A DNA stretch of 64,000 nucleotides from Balanoglossus misakiensis (Eukaryota; Animalia; Hemichordata). Below the pieces are notes generated by a model. It was not told the DNA's origin. It did not search any database and saw nothing but the letters and a program-made list of their open reading frames with translations. Position numbers and translations under genes: made by a program. The stretch is taken from NCBI GenBank assembly GCA_040954595.2, contig CM082596.2, forward strand, positions 8,445,124 through 8,509,123, read 5' to 3'. The stretch's first letter is position 1. Each line of letters starts with the position of its first letter. Of the stretch, positions 52,801-62,559 are shown piece after piece.

Positions 52801-55800
52801 CCTTGTTCCCTAGGAGTAACACCAACAGACGCCCTGCATCCTTTCCAAATTCGTTGGATTCGAACTGCGCCAGGACAGCTCTAAATCTAGATAACTTGGG
52901 GTGGGCGGCTACAGTAGCCCTATCCACCAGCGCCCGCAAAGCAGTAATTAGCTGTTGACGAGTTGACAGTGCGGGTGTGTGAGCCATTTCCATAACTTTT
53001 GTTAAAGCATCATCTACAGACGCAGTCTCTGCTATATCCTGCAGTCGTTTCACCTGCCGTTTGAGTGCTTCTAACTCGCTCGCCTGAAACCAAGCACAGT
53101 ACATGGTATTATTGCTGATATAGTTCAAGCTTATGAACGTAATTCTTACTCGTTTTGTGCAAGCCACCGCATACAGTATCAATCCATTGATACCCCTGAA
53201 GCACCCATCACTCGTCACTGGGTTCCTGCCTAACCAATCACATCAGGCCACCCTCGCAGGCACTCGCCTACCTGGGCCTTAAACTATCGGCACCCTCGCA
53301 GCGACCCCGGGTTACTGCCTGGCCGATCTCATGGCCACCCTCGCAGGCGTTCAGCCTACCTGGGCCACGCTCAACATAAACGTGTATGACATACGAAAAC
53401 ATAGGGTACATGACTAAAACGTATCGAGAGAGAGAGTGAAAGAGAGAGCAAAAGTGAGAAAGAGAACGCAAGATACGCACCTGTCGCTCATACCATATCG
53501 ACAGGCACACACACCTGCAGAGGAGCTGGGGGAAACAGCCAGCAACCATAAAAACTACCTAGGACGGAAAACAGCGTGGAACACACGAACACACCGCGAA
53601 GAATGAGAGAGAGAGAGGGAGAGCGAGCGAGAGAAACAACGGAAAGAAGCACGTTACCAGCCACGCACCAACGCAGAAACCACGTAATCGAAACAGGAGC
53701 TCACCTGGCTGGTATCCTTTTTTGTGACTGGTTGGGGCTCTCCTCTAGCTGTCGCACTAATCGCAGGACCAGTAGCAGGCTGCGGATTTCCACCGTGTAA
53801 CGCAGCAGCAGGAGGCGGCTGTGGGGCCGTAGACGCCCGGGCTGGCCGGTGCTGTTCAACGAATGCCGTAGCGGCTGGTGCAGCTGGTTGCGACGAAGCC
53901 ATGATGTGTGTGCAACGTGTGACTGTTGCAAATGAGGGAGAAAGTCCGGCTGCATTGTTACCTATTTATACCCCACAAATTTGCATATTGCGGATCCATA
54001 TCACTCAGTGATGCGGCTTTGAATATCTCACGCACGCATCACTCATCTTGGTTTTCGCCATTGATTTGTGTGTGTGTCCAATTTAACCTTGATGAGGAAC
54101 CGTGGCCCTGACTCTCCCTCGGTTGTTTGTGTGCCCCAGACCCAATAGGTATTGTAATACAAAGCCGGGGGAGGTGCAAGGCAACGCCCACCCCCTCCCC
54201 CGCACGCAGCAAAATTTAATCCATACCTGTCCTGACTCCTGTATTTTTTGTGTTGAATATAATGAGCAACATTTTTTCAGACGATCCACGATCTGTCCTT
54301 CCTAGGTCTAAGCTATTCCAACAATGAAATGATTGGGAGTGGTTGTTGAAGGTGAATGTACTATAAATCATTTTCAATGTTTACATTATTTTGCTGTTGA
54401 AACACTCCACTGTGGAGTGACCGTGGTTGAAACAATTGGTGATTCGGCAAGATCTCAAAAGGCTTGATTATTTACCTTAGCAACTGATATTGGTAACCAA
54501 GTACCGTAATACAAGTCAAACCAGATGTACATGTATATTGAAAGTAAGAATAGGTGCAGAATTTTAACCACCCACCCCCACCCCAGCCATGTGAAATCTC
54601 GCCGGGTCTTGTGGAGTTTTGAATGTACATGTACATTTAGTATGTCAGCAAAGGTTTCTGTGTAATAACTGATACGCATCTTTTTCAGTTTCAAAGCTGT
54701 ATACCTGATCATAGGCTTTATGAGTATGGGATCTCTTTTACCATGGAATATGTTCATTACTGCCAGTGGGGTAAGTTGCTTTGAATGAAAAGCTACTTTT
54801 ATTTAGTAAGAGGGTCTCAAATACAGTCTTGTGGGATAATGCTGAGTCAGCACTTTTTTCAAACTCCCAGTGCTTAAAGTTTTCCTGTGTGGAATATTTC
54901 TGAACAGATCTATAAATTAAATCAAGGACAGTGTTTTCTTTATATTGTTTAATAATGCTCCTCTTTTGGCACCATTTGTGGAAATTTCTAGAAAATGACA
55001 ATATTGGAACACTGTTGTCTCAACATTCTATATGTAAGACTATGGATTGTGATCACCATGCATTGCGTCTAGGTAGTCATCTACCTTACATTGTCATTAA
55101 TTTCCTTTCTTTATCTTTCATTTGAATTCAGTATTACAGGGCGAAATTCAAGAGTGTTAATGGTACAACTAATTCTACAGAATTCCAAGAGACGTTTGAA
55201 AATTTTTTCTCTGTATCAGCCAATGTGTCCAATATCCTGATGTTATTCTGCAATGCAGCTCTCAAACATTTGTAAGTTATTTTTGTGTGTTTGTTTGTTG
55301 AGCTTCAAGTGAGCTGTGTATATTATTACAGCGTGTCTTGTACTTTTGTAGCTTAAAGGTATACGATCACCTATGGAAAATTAGCTATAGTTGCCATGGC
55401 AAATTGAGATCTAGCCAATCACAAATTTTCAGTGGGTGGCACACACGAGAAAAAGAGCGCCATCATATGTTCTTTAGAACACTCAAATACGCCATTTGAG
55501 CCATATATGTAAAGCGGAGGTGACTGTATACCTTTAAATGCTCTCTAAGTCCAAAATGTAAAATTCTGATCAAAGATAACCTGTTATGAAGATTATGCCA
55601 AGTTTATTACCCTCTCACCCTGGGTTCCCTCTATAGAGGTCCAACTTTACTACAGGAAACAATAGATTTAGACCAAACCATGGTGTTGAAAGGGTTAAAT
55701 AAGGTTGCCACAGTGTCTTCTGTATTTTTCTGGCTATTAATATATTCATACTTTTCATGAAACGCATGTTCAAAAGCAAACTACACATGTTTTCCTTTAA

Positions 55801-58800
55801 AAGCAAACTACACATGTTTTCCTTTAAAACTCAAAAATCTCTATTAAAATTTTGGTCAGGTAAGCTTTTGTCACTAAAGATTGACAAAATGTTGAACACC
55901 AAAAAATGTAAACACATTCTGCTCTTAATTAATCCTCCAGGGCAAACTACCGGTATACCCATGGATTAAAGGGACAAAGTCTCTCTCTCTCACTTCCCAT
56001 TTTCCGTTAATATCTTTGATACGAGACACCGTTTATGTTAATGTACATGTGTATATGTAGTGAATGAACGTTCAACCACAAACAACTTCCATCCCGTTTG
56101 TAGGATATAATCTAAAAATCTCGCCAAAATGAGTAAACGGTAAACACCGATTATTCATATTGGCGAGTTTTTCACTCTCGTGTCTACAAGTGGGATCGAA
56201 ATTGTGTGTGGTTAAACGTTGATTCAGTGAACAGTGTCTTGTATCAAACATATCAAACGTGATTAAAAGAAAAAGGACAGCGAGAGAGAGACTTGGTCCC
56301 TTTAAGTGTCATTTATGCATGTGTGTCTGTGTGTGCAACATATACACCAGTACATGTACTTGCCTGACTTACCTTGGCTTAGCAGTACTTTACATGACTG
56401 ATGATGTTATCATGGTTTAATGTCTGGTTTGTTTTCAGGGTGACCTTGAACATGCGGATGTATTCAAGTATGGTTGTGATACTTGTCATGTTTGTATTTA
56501 CATCCGCGTTAGTCCTTGTCCCAACAGACTCATGTGAGTGTTACTGCTTTTACCATAAACGTATCAAACCTTTTACGCTTTCGCATTCTCAATGTATCAT
56601 ACTTTGTTCTTTCGCAACTTTGTTATGCAACTTTTCCCCCTGCTTTTTTTGCTCTGAAGTTCACAAAAATTTATCGTTTGCGAAAATTTCATGTTTTACA
56701 GTACATGTTTAATAGTTACCCAGTATAGCTGTTCATAACCGAACATGCAGAAACTGTTTCCGAATGGAGAACCCTATGTGACTAGGTGTTTTGAAACCCC
56801 CTAAGTGTTGTGGAATGATTAAGCACACACTAGGTTCATATTAGATACAAGTAGTAATTCTACTGGTAGTGCTACTACTGCTGTATGTATTAAAGGGACC
56901 ACACACAACTTTAATCCCACTTGCAGACACGAGAGTAAAAAACTCGCCAAAATGAATAATCAGTGTTTACCATTTATTCATTTTGGCGAGATTTTTACTC
57001 TCATATCCTACCAACAGGTTGGAAGTTGTGTGTGGTCGAACATTCATTCACTATATATCTACATGTAGATTAACATAAACGGTGTCTTGTCTCAAACATA
57101 ATTAATGGAAAAAAGGCAGCGAGAGAGAGACTTTGTCCCTTTAACATTCTGATAGACAGGATATATAATCCAACATTTTGTTCTACATATTTTCACAGGG
57201 CAATCATTGTTCTTCGGTATAACCATCATCAGTGTTGTCATAATATCATGTAAGTATCAAATTCTCTGCGCAAATATTGGTGCAGATTTTAAAACAAACT
57301 GTGTTGAGTTTCCACGAAGAATTAGCGCAGGGTATCAACCCATCCTATTAAGATGTTTATGTCTGCGTACTTGAAGCCCCATGAGCTGCCACTTTTAGGA
57401 AACATTTTAGCAATAAAAGACTTCAATCTTCTTATCCTTAGCTGACTGACGACATCATGTGTGTATACCATGAGAGTTGTGTATTCTAGGAACAGGTGGC
57501 TGAATAACGGGGTGTGGCACCCATTTATTATTTCACTTGTTGACATTTAAATGTTCAGCCGCAATCAGATGTTGCTGATACGTTCGAAGTACTAAAGTAC
57601 AATCCTGAAAAAAAGCAACAAAAGGCAGCTGATGGGTTTAGGTAGGAGACAGTAGATAACTTTATTTTTGTTGCCAAGCAGTATTTGGTGAAAATATTTC
57701 TTTCTGAACTATTTTTTTTTTTTTGCAGTGTTCGGTGGTTTGTTTCAAGGAACTTTGCTGGGATTAGCTGGAATCTTACCATCAGAGTACATGCAATCTG
57801 CCATGAGTGGTCAGGCTGTAGCTGGAATATTTGCATCTCTTGCAAGTATTCTGTCAATTGCAGGTAACCATATCTTTTATTACTTGTTAATATTCTATCT
57901 CACGAGAAACGTACCCTGGCTTGTGCACGTCTATTTAGATTTTATATTATACTTAAAAAGGAAAAAAACAAAACAAAACTCCACACTATACTTTCAATTT
58001 TACTGATCATACATCCTAAATAAATGTTTTTCTTTTAATTTCCAGCAAGTTCTGATGTTATGGACAGTGCCTTTGGTTACTTCTTGTCTGCTGTTGCTGT
58101 CATGGTTCTCTCTCTTATGTTATATGTCATTTTGCACAAATTACCCTTTTTCAACTTCTACTATCTCAAAACTAAAGGTAAGGTATCACCAATACATAGC
58201 TTGTCAGTATTTGAAGATGTGGTAGATTAAAGGTATACGGTCACATCCAAATTTCATATGCCCAGATATGGCTGAATTGGTGTATTTTAGCGTTTCAAAG
58301 AAGATACACTGTGTGGTGGAGCTCTTTTTTTTCGCGTGTGCCATCCACTGAAAATCTGTGATTGGTTAGATCTCAATTTGCCATGGTAACTGTAGCTATT
58401 TTCCTATAGGTGACCGTATACCTTTAATAGAGTAGTATTTTTGTGGAAAGATGCTGAAGTTTGTGTGGTGTTCAAGGCCAAGTAATGGAGATTGAAAAAA
58501 AACAATACCTGAGTGATATGACTAGAAATCAAGTTGCATAAATGTGACATTCTATTGTGAGAGCAGCAAGGGACACTTTGCAACTTAGCGGTACATGCAA
58601 ATGAAGTGTAGTGCAATCACTGGGACAGTAAATTTGACGTACAAATGCTTTCTCATTGGAATTTTAGATGAAGAACTAACTGATGGCAGTATAAACCAGT
58701 CTCTTAGCAGTTCTATTTCAATTGTCAACAACAAAACCAAACCACCATTTTTACTTATCTTCAAAAAGGTAAGATTTTAAGGCTCCATTTTTTTCAATGT

Positions 58801-60887
58801 TTACAATTAGATCTTTGCATCATGTCTAGAACAGCAGAAAATTAACTAATGAAAATTACAAAAACCACTTCTTTGTGACAGCAAAACTTCAATAAGCAGA
58901 ATTACATTATTGCAAAAAATAATAAACAGTGCTGATTCGGCCAAAAAAAATATGTGCTGTTCCGATTACATGGTTTTTAAAAAAAAGGGTAGGTAGGTAG
59001 GGAATTTTTTTTTATTTTGCATTGTTTTTAAAATATTTCTGACTGCCGTTGTGTAAAAGAATGACATCATAGTTCTCGCGTGATTCACGCAATTTTCATT
59101 AATTTTGTATGTTATTTGACATTGTTATCTTTACTTCTGGGTTTATGAAGCTCTAAAAAATTTAGGGTCGGCGGGTTAAAATTAGGGGAGGTCGGGTAAT
59201 TGAACAGCACATATTTTTTATTTTGTCCATATAAGTCGGGTTTGGATGATTTAATTTTATCTGATCAATTTTAATGACATGTTTACAGATCCAGTTAATG
59301 GCCATCTTGATAATCACAGTGTTTGCGGTCACGTTGTCCTGTTTCCCAGCCATTGCATCAAGAGTGAGTTCCATGAATCAACACAGCACCTGGGGTGGTA
59401 AGTGTAGAAAACTAAAATATCAAGTATAATTTTACCGGTCGTTTTAGTAGGCTTCAGGTGTATGTCTTTATTTTTTGTATTTGTGTTCTAACAGCACATT
59501 TGCAAGAAGTGTGGGACTTTGCCTAATGATGGAATAAAAACTACATGTATGTGTAATAATACAAACACATGAAATGATTTTTCTTTACCCCAATGGGTGT
59601 AAAAACTTACTTGAATATGTACCAAAAGCCCCCAAATTTCTGCCCCTATAACTGTATATGTTTATTGAATTACAGCAAAGTACTTCACACCAGTGGCGTG
59701 TTTCTTACTTTTCAATGTGTGTGACTGTATTGGCAGAACTCTGACCAGTCTCTTTCAATGGGTACGTATCACTTTTCATCTCTAAGAAGGAGAGAATGTT
59801 ATTTTTAAGTCAGGTAGTTCAAAGTATGTCTTCTGAATCACACAACAGCTTCTGGAAGGTTAAGCAAATTTACTGAGAACACTGCCAAAATTAGTTTGAT
59901 CATAATATCATGGTCTGATTTTGGTTGATTGTATTAGATTATAGCTTGATCAATACCAGTGAATTTTGTGAGTGTCATCACTGTACATTACTTTAGTACT
60001 GATAATGTATTGTGTTGTTGCATATTTTTTCATGTCCGGAGCATGGAAAATTCTAGGGATGACTGTGTGTGTAAACTGTATGTACGTACGTACGTACGTA
60101 CAAAAAAACAAGAAAACATTTTTAAAATACCACTAAAATTATGAAACTACTATGTATGTATCTATGTATGAAAATGTATACATGTACAAATGTATGTGTG
60201 TGTGTATGTGTTCATATCAGCTCTGACCACCAAATGTGAAATTTGTTGCAAAGTACTATAGAACTTGTTGCTTTTTTTGGAGAATCTAATTTGTCCATTA
60301 TTCTATTGTTTTCTTACAGCCTGGTGAATCTGGAATTCTGCTGTCTCTTTTCGTTATTTTAAGGATAGCTTTTATACCGTTATTCATGTTGTGTAATGTG
60401 ACACCCCGACATCACACCCATCTTGTATTCGACCAGGATGTATACTTCATTGTTTTCATGTTGGTGTTTGGCATATCCAACGGTTACCTTGGGACGCTTT
60501 GTATGATCTATGGACCAAAGTGAGTAACAACATTTCTATCAGAGATTGCTTTATCCATAAACCTTTTACCAACATTTCAATTCTGGCTACTTTATGTAGG
60601 TTTTTATTTCGTGCTAAGGGGTCAAATCAAATAATTGCATTCTGGGTAAAAGGTTGACAACTCACTGTAGTAAGATATAGAATAAATGACATGTTGACTG
60701 TATTTCATGATTTGGTCAAAACTATCTGTCTTTTTAGTTAGCATATTAAACTTGCCTTTGCTTTATTTCTTTCAGCAAAGTTGACGAGGAACACAAAGAG
60801 ACTGCTGGTGCAATGATGGCGCTGTTTTTAGCCGTTGGTTTGGGTCTGGGAGGAGCTTTGTCCTTTGCAGTTGCTGCCGCCATATAA
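47490..60887 (+). CDS. SLC29A: Equilibrative nucleoside transporter (SLC29A family, ENT1-3 type; long acidic N-terminus as in ENT3), 12 exons
   Basis: Exons 47490-47641, 54689-54770, 55132-55271, 56439-56533, 57199-57249, 57729-57863, 58046-58177, 58668-58768, 59289-59397, 59676-59761, 60320-60519, 60776-60887, all GT-AG and in frame. Motifs PKD.FKAVYLI..GSLLPWNMFITA, YMQSAMSGQAVAGIF, VTLSCFPAI, FLLFNVCDCIGR, LRIAFIPLFMLCN, SNGYLGTLCMIYGP, ETAGAMMALFLAVGLGLG. Confidence 0.94.
47774..47851 (-). repeat. Split direct repeat B2 (78 bp, element 3' end)
   Basis: Identical to 48072-48149 (AACTTAATATTTAAAGCC...TTCTGGGTGGC on +). Confidence 0.96.
47970..48072 (-). repeat. Split direct repeat A2 (103 bp)
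   Basis: Identical to 53923-54025; abuts B1 with one shared A at 48072. Confidence 0.96.
48072..48149 (-). repeat. Split direct repeat B1 (78 bp)
   Basis: Identical to 47774-47851. Confidence 0.96.
48474..49754 (-). CDS. Tyrosine recombinase with N-terminal Zn ribbon and ALOG DNA-binding domain; exon predicted to start at the acceptor at 49754
   Basis: Catalytic residues FSGDR (R), TPHGCR (HxxR), HVGW and NYY (Y). ALOG signature FLIYKDKDAKTQVH..CPYLG..CQCPKR..NPVESPLVARYLKKIAEEQARA. CWMC-x9-CKAC begins two codons before the first ATG (49742). Confidence 0.93.
   Translation of the reverse strand, partial: QACWMCGTTNGASQRCKACGTKVPLQPQQPIHDSGSTLNLEAIDSRMKEVLGNRSAHDIQKDRLIQQFEAFLTGLDEPKSLLMASAQDIVRFLIYKDKDAKTQVHAIICPYLGLPGYQQCQCPKRIRVTTAKNMVSKLKTFYQAFSSQVGLDRPNPVESPLVARYLKKIAEEQARAMITAKQATPLFINKLKLVFEHILNQMVSSTAPARMYVLARDLAYFKMLSFSGDRAHDLGHVKTQEIMRFPDNSGLLFNHTFGKTLRGSSTNVFAIKRCADPFVCPVNTVEAYFKLAQSVGIDLSTGYLFRPINSHGSTDQKPFSSQLAYSRLKTYLQKVGIDAGETPHGCRSACAISLAMEGNDLHALMSHVGWRAEETANYYMQLAKVTQVGAIADSLMAIVDNLDQKAEAYQYMNDLVGFSKAFPSSH
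50034..52211 (-). CDS. Reverse transcriptase - RNase H - DIRS methyltransferase-like domain; exon predicted to start at the acceptor at 52211
   Basis: RT motifs KPRMCIDMRYLN, DDKSGYDHV, LPFGW and YIDD; RNase H TDAS..WGA, DKETEAL, SDS and NLADFASR; MT-like IDAMATSSN..YVYPPF. The ORF-track start is TTG and the first ATG is residue 85. Confidence 0.95.
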   Translation of the reverse strand, partial: GVPQPWEKFSSELWPVRRSTYAWVTLEGVPQQDRSAQSPDPHEVAAGLCKASPSLLQFRNPHDFIAGEVHRHQAIWRQMAHDTSNQAQIMNWIREGANVTEYFQPFKGTFKGVFYDTPTPPAKVFANAPACQQFIDFISSTINEKIKTGAISAVGLVGIDPPPHIVMPITIEPKKPRMCIDMRYLNLWMVDKPFKLDKLIEVSRYLNQYDYHFKSDDKSGYDHVFIREEDRTYFGFQWAGYWFVNNTLPFGWKSSAYIYHTLGYTITSHARMLGVPCLQYIDDRHGGPLRIAGAFRLNASHWTSLELTEASAYILLKLCIDAGYFIALEKSVLSPVQSLVLLGMTVDSVQRAFSIPDLKKARFVELVRYALLRSAILVTELQKIMGKCISFSLAIPCARLYIRRMARALASAQVSARSLVQIKGPLRRELSQWLEIVETAGTFRWPDETHVILKMYTDASSYKWGAVFQPHSEKAVTVSDGWEEEWQKKSIIDKETEALCRALTAFSQEVSNSRLDVLSDSLTLVHAWNQGYPGSKSVQLNELLKKIFHFCVTHNTRLTIAHVRSHQNLADFASRELDMCHAKLSDRAWAIVQKECGPHSIDAMATSSNARLESFVSPFPQADSAGVNFFHYHFSPRDRIYVYPPFHLTHAVIKHVRQMHLNATIIVHKRCAYPSYWPEIRQSASKFVKLAEEGDMGVILAPSREGYKPCRAPCALFAVKLVRHE
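52622..53083 (-). CDS. Gag-like protein body with C-terminal CCHC zinc knuckle
   Basis: CYACGEAGHMARAC (CX2CX4HX4C); coiled-coil-like start ASELEALKRQVKRLQ; preceded by acceptor TGCTTGGTTTCAG ending at 53084. Confidence 0.88.
   Translation of the reverse strand, partial: ASELEALKRQVKRLQDIAETASVDDALTKVMEMAHTPALSTRQQLITALRALVDRATVAAHPKLSRFRAVLAQFESNEFGKDAGRLLVLLLGNKEEEEIAAKVTKFLRHSPRHPQSQRYEPYNRQRRNVNNITCYACGEAGHMARACPTKKKS
53705..53902 (-). CDS. Predicted leader exon of the retrotransposon (66 aa, Pro/Ala-rich)
   Basis: First ATG downstream of repeat A1 (CATCATGG context); 198 nt ending at consensus donor CAG|GTGAGC in phase 0. Confidence 0.7.
53923..54025 (-). promoter_or_regulatory. Split direct repeat A1 (103 bp, element 5' end) containing a putative Pol II promoter
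   Basis: Minus strand shows octamer ATGCAAAT (53986-53979) and TATAAATA (53970-53963), about 65 nt upstream of the leader ATG. Confidence 0.75.
55353..55537. mobile_element. MITE family C (TTAA-flanked, Kolobok-like)
   Basis: TTAAAGGTATACGATCAC...GTGACTGTATACCTTTAA. Confidence 0.85.
55966..56305. mobile_element. MITE family B copy
   Basis: TTAAAGGGACAAAGTCTCTCTC...GAGAGAGACTTGGTCCCTTTAA. Confidence 0.85.
56890..57144. mobile_element. MITE family B copy with internal deletion
   Basis: TTAAAGGGAC joined directly to internal sequence; intact right end GACTTTGTCCCTTTAA. Confidence 0.8.
58227..58427. mobile_element. MITE family C copy
   Basis: TTAAAGGTATACGGTCAC...GTGACCGTATACCTTTAA. Confidence 0.88.
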
Positions 60888-61018
60888 ATGTCAACCAATT
60901 GCATGTACCGGGTAATATTCATGGAGATCTCATCATTTATTTACACAACAACTGACTGGTTCTCAAGTTTTGATTCCTGACATCATGTTAGTAGTTGTTA
61001 TTGCCTGACGCGGTGACC

Positions 61019-61428
61019 TAGCCTAGTCCTAGTCGATTTTGTCCGCTTTGCTTCAAAAACTAACGTCTAGTCTCACTCATGCCACTGGCCCAATAAAACC
61101 CCATACCCCTTTGCTGGGAATTGTGATGTCACAGTCACTAGCGTCCCTCTGAAGTCACTCACATAAACTGAACAATGGTGATTGGGTGTAAGGTTATAGT
61201 GAAGGCAGGGCTAATTTGAATTAAAAATGTTACCCATCCTTAATTACACATATGTATATCCTTTGTCCAATCATTGGAAAAACAAAGTCTCTGATTGACT
61301 TCAGAGGGACGCTAGTTACATCACAATTCCCAGCAAGGGGTATTGGGTTTTATTAGGCCAGTGACTTGAGTAAGGCTAGGCAGTAGTTTTGGAAGCAAAG
61401 CGGACATAACACGGCTAGGACTAGGCTA
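61019..61428. mobile_element. 410-bp foldback DNA element with long TIRs and a 9-bp TSD
   Basis: TAGCCTAGTCCTAG...CTAGGACTAGGCTA; arms stay complementary for about 140 bp; flanks GCGGTGACC / GCGGTGATC (8 of 9 identical). Confidence 0.85.
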
Positions 61429-61786
61429 GCGGTGATCAGACTGAGCCTGGGAGACGGAACCAAAAATGGACAGATGATTAAAATGAGTGTCCATGAAAAA
61501 CAATGGACTGTGGTGGTAAACCATGAGAAGACACAGGGTGATCTTCGGGATCACATTTTACAAACTATTTTTTCCAAGTCCGAATGTATGTGGAAATGAT
61601 TCATCCAGGTTTCAATATAAGATTCCAGTTACTTGGTGCTAGTGTTTCTGTATGTCCTGCTGTTGTTAATTTCAATGTCATCTTGCCACTTCAGATATGA
61701 CAAAAAATATATTTTGGCTGAGGTAGTTGCTTCAACTTGCAACATAGTGGTACATGTATATATGCCTAGGTAAACTGGTCTGGAAT

Positions 61787-62000
61787 TACTGTAAAACACT
61801 TTATTTTCGCTAGTTAAAATTTTTGCGATAGCGAGAGAGGCCACTGTTTCACGAGTATTAATTTTCGCGTTCTCTTATTTCATTTACTGTATCGTTTTCT
61901 TCAAAAAAAAGTTTTACGCGACTTTTTATTTTCACGCTATTTTGGCTCTCGCGTATTTGGCGAAAATTTATTGTTCGCAAAAGTAAAGTGTTTTACAGTA
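61787..62000. mobile_element. MITE family A copy
   Basis: Family-A TIRs. Confidence 0.88.
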
Positions 62001-62559
62001 CCAATTTCATTTGTAAGTTCTCCTTTCTGTTCACGGTTTGATACCATGAAATAGAAGCCCCATGCCTTCAAGCATCCATGACATCAAATTTGAAATTACA
62101 ATTTTCCCCAATCATAATCTCTTTCATGGGGTGTTTTTAAACATTGTATGTTGTATTGGTGTATAAAATTTGCAAAGCCAACCAGTCTGACAATTCATGA
62201 ATGTAACATTTCCTGACTAAATGTCTTCCGGTATAAAATTTGTTGTATCACAGCTGATCACATTAATTGAGATTGCAATTCCTGGTCACAATTGGTTATG
62301 GATTGTGCTCATAATTTAATTATATTAGAAAGTAAATTTACATCATTTGATATGAAAATCACAATTTTATTTTTACCCCCAAAAAGTATTTACATTTTCC
62401 ATTTCCAAGTATGTGGGATGCAAGCATCACATGTCTGTACAATGCAGTCAGTTGAAATGGAACCCATCTTGAATAAGTTTTCCTTTCTTATCGTCTTTAT
62501 ATTTCATGAAGGGTCAAATGGCAATCTTGTCTGTGGCTTTTGTACAATAGGGTACAACA

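Larger units (their letters stand above)
47774..54025 (-). mobile_element. Full-length tyrosine-recombinase retrotransposon (DIRS order, PAT-like split direct repeats, ALOG-type YR), ~6.25 kb, antisense in SLC29A intron 1
   Basis: Sense order A1 - leader - gag - RT/RNaseH/MT - YR - B1 - A2 - 118-bp spacer - B2; paired repeats identical by eye; uninterrupted ORFs; no TSD. Confidence 0.95.

Noticed and set aside
53084-53218. N-terminal 45 aa of the track's 198-aa gag ORF
   Set aside because: Non-ATG start and intron-like composition ending in an acceptor; treated as intron, although the ATG at 53104 remains a possible alternative start.
53923-53961. GT-AG mini-intron inside repeat A (GTAACA...TTTGCAACAG)
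   Set aside because: Only 39 nt long, and it begins just after the TATA box, upstream of the likely start site. That repeat A ends exactly at CAG is noted but unexplained.
47774-54025. Classification as an LTR retrotransposon, inverted-repeat DIRS1 or Ngaro element
   Set aside because: No DDE integrase, protease or TSD; repeats are split direct rather than inverted; the MT-like domain favours PAT-like over Ngaro, pending phylogeny.
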